Shown in pieces: positions 52,301 to 62,820 of a stretch of DNA of 64,000 nucleotides. Position numbers and translations under genes: made by a program. Where the stretch lies: positions 47,120,001 through 47,184,000 of the forward strand of contig OZ024744.1 in the NCBI GenBank assembly GCA_964016885.1, written 5' to 3'. The stretch is from Eledone cirrhosa (lineage: Eukaryota). The notes beneath the pieces were generated by a model. That model was given only the letters and a program-made list of their open reading frames with translations. It ran no database searches and was not told the origin of the DNA. How positions within the stretch are numbered: position 1 is the stretch's first letter; each line of letters starts with the position of its first letter.

Positions 52301-55300
52301 TGCTGGGTGCTTTTTGCTGTGTCTTTCACATGTCCACTTTACAGTGTGGGCTGGGTGCTTTTTGCTGTGTCTTTCACATATCCACTTTACAGTGTGGGCT
52401 GGGTGCTTTTTGCTGAGTCTTTCACACGTCCACTTTACAGTGTGGGCTGGGTGCTTTTTGCTGTGTCTTTCACGCGTCCACTTTACAGTGTGGGCAGGGT
52501 GCTTTTTGCTGTGTCTTTCACATGTCCACTTTACAATGTGGGCTGGGTGCTTTTTGCTGAGTCTTTCACATGTCCACTTTACAGTGTGGGTTGGGTGCTT
52601 TTTGCAGTGTCTTTCACACGTCCACTTTATAGTGTGGGCTGGGTGCTTTTTGCTGTGTCTTTCACATGTCCAATTTACAGTGTGGGCTGGGTGCTTTTTG
52701 CTGTGTCTTTCACATGTCCACTTTACAATGTGCGCCGGGTGCTTTTTGCTGTGTCTTTCACATGTCCACTTTACAGTGTCGGCTGGGTGCTTGTTGCTGT
52801 GTCTTTCTCACGTCCAAATTACAGTGTGGGCTGGGTGATTTTTGCTGTGTCTTTCACATGTACACTTTACAGTGTGGGCTGGGTGCTTTTTGCAGTGTCT
52901 TTCACACGTCCACTTTACAGTGTGTGCTGGGTGCTTTTTGCTGTGTCTTTCACATGTCCACTTTACAGTGTGGGCTGGTTGCTTTTTGCTGTGTCTTTCA
53001 CATATCCACTTTACAGTGTGGGCTGGGTGCTTTTTGCTGTGTCTTTCACGCGTCCACTTTACAGTGTGGGCTGGGTGCTTTTTGCTGTGTCTTTCACATG
53101 TCCACTTTACAATGTGGGCTGGGTGCTTTTTGCTGTGTCTTTCACATCTCCACTTTACAGTGTGGGCTGGGTGCTTCTTGCAGTGTCTTTCACACGTCCA
53201 CTTTACAGTGTGGGCTGGGTGCTTTTTGCTGTGTCTTTCACATGTCCACTTTACAGTGTGGGCTGGGTGCTTTTTGCTGTGTCTTTCACATGTCCACTTT
53301 ATAGTGTGGGCTGGGTGCTTTTTGCAGTGTCTTACACACGTCCACTCTACAGTGTGGGCTGGGTGCTTTTTGCTGTGTCTTTCACGTGTCCACTTTACAA
53401 TGTGGGCTGGGTACTTTTTGCTGTGTCTTTCACATGTCCACTTTACAGTGTGGGCTGGGTGCTATTTGCTGTGTCTTTCACATGTCCACTTTACAGTGTG
53501 GGCTGGGTGCTTTTTGCTGTGTCTTTCACATGTCCACTTTACAATGTGAGCTGGGTGCTTTTTGCTGTGTCTTTCACATCTCCACTTTACAGTGTGGGCT
53601 GGGTGCTTGTTGCTGTGTCTTTCTCACGTCCACTTTACAGTGTGGGCTGGGTGCTTTTTGCTGTGTCTTTCACATGTCCACTTTACAGTGTGGGCTAGGT
53701 GCTTTTTTCAGTGTCTTTCACACGTCCACTTTACATTGTGGGCTGGGTGCTTGTTGCTGTGTCTTTCTCACGTCCACTTTACAGTGCGGGCTGGGTGCTT
53801 TTTGCTGTGTCTTTCACATGTCCACTTTACAGTGTGGGCTGGGTGCTTTTTTCAGTGTCTTTCACATGTCCACTTTACAGTGTGGGCTGGGCGCTTTTTG
53901 CAGTGTCTTTCAAACGTCAACTTTACAGTGTGGGCTGGGTGCTTTTTACTGTGTCTTTCACATGTCCACTTTACAGTGTGGGCTGTGTGCTTGTTGCTGT
54001 GTCTTTCTCCCGTCCACTTTACAGTGTGGGCTGGGTGCTTGTTGCTGTGTCTTTCACATGTCCACTTTACAGTGTGGGCTGGGTGCTTTTTTTCAGTGTC
54101 TTTTACACGTCCACTTTACAGTGTGGGCTGGGTGCTTGTTGCTGTGTCTTTCTCACGTCCACTTTACATTGTGGGCTGGGTGCTTTTTGCTGTGTCTTTC
54201 ACATGTCCAGTTTACAGTGTGGGCTGGGTGCTTTTTTCAGTGTCTTTCACACGTCCACTTTACAGTGTGGGCTGGGTGCATGTTGCTGTGTCTTTCTCAC
54301 GTCCACTTTACAGTGTGGGCTGGGTGCTTTTTGCTGTGTCTTTCACATGTCCACTTTACAGTGTGGGCTGGGTACTTTTTTCAGTGTCTTTCACATGTCC
54401 ACTTTACAGTGTGGGCTGGGTGCTTTTTGCTGTGTCTTTCACATGTCCACTTTACAATGTGGGCTGTGTGCTTTTTGCTGTGTCTTTCACATGTCCACTT
54501 TACAATGTGGGCTGGGTGCTTTTTGCTGTGTCTTTCACATGTCCACTTTACAGTGTGGGCTGGGTGCTTTTTGCTGTGTCTTTCACATGTCCACTTGACA
54601 GTGTGGGCTGGGTGCTTTTTGCTGTGTCTTTCACATGTCCACTTTACAGTGTGGGCTGGGTCCTTTTTGCTGTGTCTTTCACATGTCCACTTTACAGTGT
54701 GGGCTGTGTGCTTTTTGCTGTGTCTTTCACATGTCCACTTTACAGTGTGGGCTGGGTGCTTTTTGCTGTGTCTTTCAAATGTCCACTTTACAATGTGGGC
54801 TGGGTACTTTTTGCTGTGTCTTTCACATGTACACTTTACAATGTGGGCCGGGTGCTTTTTACTGTGTCTTTCACATGTCCACTTTACAGTGTGGGCTGGG
54901 TGCTTTTTGCTGTGTCTTTCACATGTCCACTTCACAGTGTGGGCTGGGTACTTTTTGCTGTGTCTTTCACACGTCCACTTTACAGTTTGGGCTGGGTGCT
55001 TTTTGCTGTGTCTTTCACATGTCCACTTTACAGTGTGGGCTGGGTGCTTTTTGCTGTGTCTTTCACATGTCCACTTTACAGTGTGGGCTGGGTGCTTTTT
55101 GCTGTGTCTTTCACATGTCCACTTTACAGTGTGGGCTGGGTGCTTTTTGCTGTGTCTTTCACATGTCCACTTTACAATGTGGGCTGGGTGCTTTTTGCTG
55201 TGTCTTTCACATGTCCACTCTATAGTGTAGGCTGGGTGCTTTTTGCAGTGTCTTTCACACGTCCACTTTACAGTGTGGGCTGGGTGCTTTTTGCTGTGTC

Positions 55301-56500
55301 TTTCACATGTCCACTTTACAATGTGGACTGGGTGCTTTTTGCTGTGTCTTTCACATGTCCACTTTACAGTGTGGGGTGTGTGCTTCTTGCAGTGTCTTTC
55401 ACACGTCCACTTTACAGTGTGGGCTGGGTGCTTTTTGCTGTGTCTTTCACATGTCCACTTTACAGTGTGGGCTGGGTGCTTTTTGCTGTGTCTTTCACAT
55501 GTCCACTTTACAGTGTGGGCTGGGTGCTTTTTTCAGTGTCTTTCACATGTCCACTTTACAGTGTGGGCTGGGTGCTTTTTGCTGTGTCTTTCACATGTCC
55601 ACTTTACAATGTGGGCTGGGTGCATTTTTGCTGTGTCTTTCACATGTCCACTTTACAGTGTGGGCTGGGTGCTTTTTGCTGTGTCTTTCACATGTCCACT
55701 TCACAGTGTGGGCTGGGTGCTTTTTGCTGTGTCTTTCACATGTCCACTTTACAGTGTGGGCTGGGTGCTTTTTGCTGTGTCTTTCACATGTCCACTTTAC
55801 AGTGTGGGCTGTGTGCTTTCTGCTGTGTCTTTCACATGTCCACTTTACAGTGTGGGCTGGGTGCTTTTTGCTGTGTCTTTCACATGTCCACTTTACAATG
55901 TGGGCTGGGTGCTTTTTGCTGTGTCTTTCACATGTCCACTTTACAATGTGCGCCGGGTGCTTTTTGCTGTGTCTTTCACATGTCCACTTTACAGTGTCGG
56001 CTGGGTGCTTGTTGCTGTGTCTTTCTCACGTCCAAATTACAGTGTGGGCTGGGTGATTTTTGCTGTGTCTTTCACATGTACACTTTACAGTGTGGGCTGG
56101 GTGCTTTTTGCAGTGTCTTTCACACGTCCACTTTACAGTGTGTGCTGGGTGCTTTTTGCTGTGTCTTTCACATGTCCACTTTACAGTGTGGGCTGGGTGC
56201 TTTTTGCTGTGTCTTTCACATATCCACTTTACAGTGTGGGCTGGGTGCTTTTTGCTGAGTCTTTCACACGTCCACTTTACAGTGTGGGCTGGGTGCTTTT
56301 TGCTGTGTCTTTCACGCGTCCACTTTACAGTGTGGGCTGGGTGCTTTTTGCTGTGTCTTTCACATGTCCACTTTACAATGTGGGCTGGGTGCTTTTTGCT
56401 GAGTCTTTCACATGTCCACTTTACAGTGTGGGCTGGGTGCTTTTTGCAGTGTCTTTCACACGTCCACTTTATAGTGTGGGCTGGGTGCTTTTTGCTGTGT
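46400..56500. repeat. Three tandem copies of a 68/80-monomer higher-order unit (3265 and 3841-3842 bp periods)
   Basis: ORF triplets 46593/49858/53699, 47274/50539/54381 and 48136/51401/55243. The offsets are 3265 = 68x48+1 and 3841 = 80x48+1. Confidence 0.88.
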
Positions 56501-56959
56501 CTTTCACATGTCCACTTTACAGTGTGGGCTGGGTGCTTTTTGCTGTGTCTTTCACATGTCCACTTTACAATGTGGGCTGTGTGCTTTTTGCTGTGTCTTT
56601 CACATGTCCACTTTACAATGTGGGCTGGGTGCATTTTTGCTGTGTCTTTCACATGTCCACTTTACAGTGTGGGCTGGGTGCTTTTTGCTGTGTCTTTCAC
56701 ATGTCCACTTTACAATGTGGGCTGGGTGCTTTTTGCTGTGTCTTTCACATGTCCACTTTACAGTGTGGGCTGGGTGCTTTTTGCTGTGTCTTTCACATGT
56801 CCACTTCACAGTGTGGGCTGGGTACTTTTTGCTGTGTCTTTCACACGTCCACTTTACAGTTTGGGCTGGGTGCTTTTTGCTGTGTCTTTCACATGTCCAC
56901 TTTACAGTGTGGGCTGGGTGCTTTTTGCTGTGTCTTTCACATGTCCACTTTACAGTGTG

Positions 56960-59900
56960 GGCTGGGTGCTTTTTGCTGTGTCTTTCACATGTCCACTTTA
57001 TAGTGTGGGCTGGGTGCTTTTTGCTGTGTCTTTCACATGTCCACTTTACAATGTGGGTTGGGTGCTTTTTGCTGTGTCTTTCACATGTCCACTTTACAGT
57101 GTGGGCTGGGTGCTTTTTGCTGTGTCTTTCACATATCCACTTTACAGTGTGGGCTGGGTGCTTTTTGCTGAGTCTTTCACACGTCCACTTTACAGTGTGG
57201 GCTGGGTGCTTTTTGCTGTGTCTTTCACGCGTCCACTTTACAGTGTGGGCTGGGTGCTTTTTGCTGTGTCTTTCACATGTCCACTTTACAATGTGGGCTG
57301 GGTGCTTTTTGCTGTGTCTTTCACATCTCCACTTTACAGTGTGGGCTGGGTGCTTCTTGCAGTGTCTTTCACACGTCCACTTTACAGTGTGGGCTGGGTG
57401 CTTATTGCTGTGTCTTTCACATGTCCACTATACAGTGTGGGCTGGGTGCTTTTTGCTGTGTCTTTCACATGTCCACTTTATAGTGTGGGCTGGGTGCTTT
57501 TTGCAGTGTCTTTCACACGTCCACTCTACAGTGTGGGCTGGGTGCTTTTTGCTGTGTCTTTCACGTGTCCACTTTACAATGTGGGCTGGGTACTTTTTGC
57601 TGTGTCTTTCACATGTCCACTTTACAGTGTGGGCTGGGTGCTTTTTGCTGTGTCTTTCACATGGCCACTTTACAGTGTGGGCTGGGTGCTTTTTGCTGTG
57701 TCTTTCACATGTCCACTTTACAATGTGAGCTGGGTGCTTTTTGCTGTGTCTTTCACATGTCCACTTTACAGTGTGGGCTGGGTGCTTGTTGCTGTGTCTT
57801 TCTCACGTCCACTTTACAGTGTGGGCTGGGTGCTTTTTGCTGTGTCTTTCACATGTCCACTTTACAGTGTGGGCTAGGTGCTTTTTTCAGTGTCTTTCAC
57901 ACGTCCACTTTACATTGTGGGCTGGGTGCTTGTTGCTGTGTCTTTCTCACGTCCACTTTACAGTGAGGGCTGGGTGCTTTTTGCTGTGTCTTTCACATGT
58001 CCACTTTACAGTGTGGGCTGGGTGCTTTTTTCAGTGTCTTTCACATGTCCACTTTACAGTGTGGGCTGGGCGCTTTTTGAAGTGTCTTTCAAACGTCAAC
58101 TTTACAGTGTGGGCTGGGTGCTTTTTACTGTGTCTTTCACATGTCCACTTTACAGTGTGGGCTGTGTGCTTGTTGCTGTGTCTTTCTTCCGTCCACTTTA
58201 CAGTGTGGGCTGGGTGCTTGTTGCTGTGTCTTTCACATGTCCACTTTACAGTGTGGGCTGGGTGCTTTTTTCAGTGTCTTTCACACGTCCACTTTACAGT
58301 GTGGGCTGGGTGCTTGTTGCTGTGTCTTTCTCACGTCCACTTTACATTGTGGGCTGGGTGCTTTTTGCTGTGTCTTTCACATGTCCAGTTTACAGTGTGG
58401 GCTGGGTGCTTTTTTCAGTGTCTTTCACACGTCCACTTTACAGTGTGGGCTGGGTGCATGTTGCTGTGTCTTTCTCACGTCCACTTTACAGTGTGGGCTG
58501 GGTGCTTTTTGCTGTGTCTTTCACATGTCCACTTTACAGTGTGGGCTGGGTGCTTTTTTCAGTGTCTTTCACATGTCCACTTTACAGTGTGGGCTGGGTG
58601 CTTTTTGCTGTGTCTTTCACATGTCCACTTTACAATGTGGGCTGTGTGCTTTTTGCTGTGTCTTTCACATGTCCACTTTACAATGTGGGCTGGGTGCTTT
58701 TTGCTGTGTCTTTCACATGTCCACTTTACAGTGTGGGCTGGGTGCTTTTTGCTGTGTCTTTCACATGTCCACTTCACAGTGTGGGCTGGGTGCTTTTTGC
58801 TGTGTGTTTCACATGTCCACTTTACAGTGTGGGCTGGGTGCTTTTTGCTGTGTCTTTCACATGTCCACTTTACAGTGTGGGCTGTGTGCTTTTTGCTGTG
58901 TGTTTCACATGTCCACTTTACAGTGTGGGCTGGGTGCTTTTTGCTGTGTCTTTCACATGTCCACTTTACAATGTGGGCTGGGTGCTTTTTGCTGTGTCTT
59001 TCACATGTCCACTTTACAATGTGGGCTGGGTGCTTTTTGCTGTGTCTTTCACATGTCCACTTTACAGTGTGGGCTGGGTGCTTTTTGCTGTGTCTTTCAC
59101 ATGTCCACTTCACAGTGTGGGCTGGGTGCTTTTTGCTGTGTCTTTCACACGTCCACTTTACAGTTTGGGCTGGTTGCTTTTTGCTGTGTCTTTCACATGT
59201 CCACTTTACAGTGTGGGCTGGGTGCTTTTTGCTGTGTCTTTCACATGTCCACTTTACAGTGTGGGCTGGGTGCTTTTTGCTGTGTCTTTCACATGTCCAC
59301 TTTACAGTGTGGGCTGGGTGCTTTTTGCTGTGTCTTTCACATGTCCACTTTACAATGTGGGCTGGGTGATTTTTGCTGTGTCTTTCACATGTCCACTTTA
59401 CAGTGTGGGGTGGGTGCTTTTTGCAGTGTCTTTCACACGTCCACTTTACAGTGTGGGCTGGGTGCTTTTTGTTGTATCTTTCTCACGTCCACTTTACAGT
59501 GTGGGCTGGGTGCTTTTTGCTGTGTCTTTCACATGTCCACTTTACAGTGTGGGCTGGGTACTTTTTGCTGTGTCTTTCACATGTCCACTTTACAGTGTGG
59601 GCTGGGTGCTTTTTGCTGTGTCTTTCACATGTCCACTTCACAGTGTGGGCTGGGTGCTTTTTGCTGTGTCTTTCACATGTCCACTTTACAGTGTGGGCTG
59701 GGTGCTTTTTGCTGTGTCTTTCATATGTCCACTTTACAGTGTGGGCTGGGTGCTTTTTGTTGTGTCTTTCACATGTCCACTTTACAGTGTGGGCTGGGTG
59801 CTTTTTGCTGTGTCTTTCACATGTCCACTTTACAATGTGGGCTGGGTGCTTTTTGCTGTGTCTTTCACATGTCCACTTTACAATGTGGGCTGGGTGCTTT

Positions 59901-62820
59901 TTGCTGTGTCTTTCACATGTCCACTTTATAGTGTGGGCTGGGTGCTTTTTGCTGTGTCTTTCACATGTCCACTTTACAATGTGGGTTGGGTGCTTTTTGC
60001 TGTGTCTTTCACATGTCCACTTTACAGTGTGGGCTGGGTGCTTTTTGCTGTGTCTTTCACATATCCACTTTACAGTGTGGGCTGGGTGCTTTTTGCTGAG
60101 TCTTTCACACGTCCACTTTACAGTGTGGGCTGGGTGCTTTTTGCTGTGTCTTTCACGCGTCCACTTTACAGTGTGGGCTGGGTGCTTTTTGCTGTGTCTT
60201 TCACATGTCCACTTTACAATGTGGGCTGGGTGCTTTTTGCTGTGTCTTTCACATCTCCACTTTACAGTGTGGGCTGGGTGCTTCTTGCAGTGTCTTTCAC
60301 ACGTCCACTTTACAGTGTGGGCTGGGTGCTTATTGCTGTGTCTTTCACATGTCCACTATACAGTGTGGGCTGGGTGCTTTTTGCTGTGTCTTTCACATGT
60401 CCACTTTATAGTGTGGGCTGGGTGCTTTTTGCAGTGTCTTTCACACGTCCACTCTACAGTGTGGGCTGGGTGCTTTTTGCTGTGTCTTTCACGTGTCCAC
60501 TTTACAATGTGGGCTGGGTACTTTTTGCTGTGTCTTTCACATGTCCACTTTACAGTGTGGGCTGGGTGCTTTTTGCTGTGTCTTTCACATGGCCACTTTA
60601 CAGTGTGGGCTGGGTGCTTTTTGCTGTGTCTTTCACATGTCCACTTTACAATGTGAGCTGGGTGCTTTTTGCTGTGTCTTTCACATGTCCACTTTACAGT
60701 GTGGGCTGGGTGCTTGTTGCTGTGTCTTTCTCACGTCCACTTTACAGTGTGGGCTGGGTGCTTTTTGCTGTGTCTTTCACATGTCCACTTTACAGTGTGG
60801 GCTAGGTGCTTTTTTCAGTGTCTTTCACACGTCCACTTTACATTGTGGGCTGGGTGCTTGTTGCTGTGTCTTTCTCACGTCCACTTTACAGTGAGGGCTG
60901 GGTGCTTTTTGCTGTGTCTTTCACATGTCCACTTTACAGTGTGGGCTGGGTGCTTTTTTCAGTGTCTTTCACATGTCCACTTTACAGTGTGGGCTGGGCG
61001 CTTTTTGAAGTGTCTTTCAAACGTCAACTTTACAGTGTGGGCTGGGTGCTTTTTACTGTGTCTTTCACATGTCCACTTTACAGTGTGGGCTGTGTGCTTG
61101 TTGCTGTGTCTTTCTTCCGTCCACTTTACAGTGTGGGCTGGGTGCTTGTTGCTGTGTCTTTCACATGTCCACTTTACAGTGTGGGCTGGGTGCTTTTTTC
61201 AGTGTCTTTCACACGTCCACTTTACAGTGTGGGCTGGGTGCTTGTTGCTGTGTCTTTCTCACGTCCACTTTACATTGTGGGCTGGGTGCTTTTTGCTGTG
61301 TCTTTCACATGTCCAGTTTACAGTGTGGGCTGGGTGCTTTTTTCAGTGTCTTTCACACGTCCACTTTACAGTGTGGGCTGGGTGCATGTTGCTGTGTCTT
61401 TCTCACGTCCACTTTACAGTGTGGGCTGGGTGCTTTTTGCTGTGTCTTTCACATGTCCACTTTACAGTGTGGGCTGGGTGCTTTTTTCAGTGTCTTTCAC
61501 ATGTCCACTTTACAGTGTGGGCTGGGTGCTTTTTGCTGTGTCTTTCACATGTCCACTTTACAATGTGGGCTGTGTGCTTTTTGCTGTGTCTTTCACATGT
61601 CCACTTTACAATGTGGGCTGGGTGCTTTTTGCTGTGTCTTTCACATGTCCACTTTACAGTGTGGGCTGGGTGCTTTTTGCTGTGTCTTTCACATGTCCAC
61701 TTCACAGTGTGGGCTGGGTGCTTTTTGCTGTGTGTTTCACATGTCCACTTTACAGTGTGGGCTGGGTGCTTTTTGCTGTGTCTTTCACATGTCCACTTTA
61801 CAGTGTGGGCTGTGTGCTTTTTGCTGTGTGTTTCACATGTCCACTTTACAGTGTGGGCTGGGTGCTTTTTGCTGTGTCTTTCACATGTCCACTTTACAAT
61901 GTGGGCTGGGTGCTTTTTGCTGTGTCTTTCACATGTCCACTTTACAATGTGGGCTGGGTGCTTTTTGCTGTGTCTTTCACATGTCCACTTTACAGTGTGG
62001 GCTGGGTGCTTTTTGCTGTGTCTTTCACATGTCCACTTCACAGTGTGGGCTGGGTGCTTTTTGCTGTGTCTTTCACACGTCCACTTTACAGTTTGGGCTG
62101 GTTGCTTTTTGCTGTGTCTTTCACATGTCCACTTTACAGTGTGGGCTGGGTGCTTTTTGCTGTGTCTTTCACATGTCCACTTTACAGTGTGGGCTGGGTG
62201 CTTTTTGCTGTGTCTTTCACATGTCCACTTTACAGTGTGGGCTGGGTGCTTTTTGCTGTGTCTTTCACATGTCCACTTTACAATGTGGGCTGGGTGATTT
62301 TTGCTGTGTCTTTCACATGTCCACTTTACAGTGTGGGGTGGGTGCTTTTTGCAGTGTCTTTCACACGTCCACTTTACAGTGTGGGCTGGGTGCTTTTTGT
62401 TGTATCTTTCTCACGTCCACTTTACAGTGTGGGCTGGGTGCTTTTTGCTGTGTCTTTCACATGTCCACTTTACAGTGTGGGCTGGGTACTTTTTGCTGTG
62501 TCTTTCACATGTCCACTTTACAGTGTGGGCTGGGTGCTTTTTGCTGTGTCTTTCACATGTCCACTTCACAGTGTGGGCTGGGTGCTTTTTGCTGTGTCTT
62601 TCACATGTCCACTTTACAGTGTGGGCTGGGTGCTTTTTGCTGTGTCTTTCATATGTCCACTTTACAGTGTGGGCTGGGTGCTTTTTGTTGTGTCTTTCAC
62701 ATGTCCACTTTACAGTGTGGGCTGGGTGCTTTTTGCTGTGTCTTTCACATGTCCACTTTACAATGTGGGCTGGGTGCTTTTTGCTGTGTCTTTCACATGT
62801 CCACTTTACAATGTGGGCTG
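56960..62820. repeat. Tandem 61-monomer (2928 bp) higher-order duplication, near identical
   Basis: ORF pairs 57277/60205, 57565/60493, 57741/60669, 58559/61487 and 59373/62301 are all offset by exactly 2928 = 61x48, with identical translations over the shared length. Confidence 0.92.
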
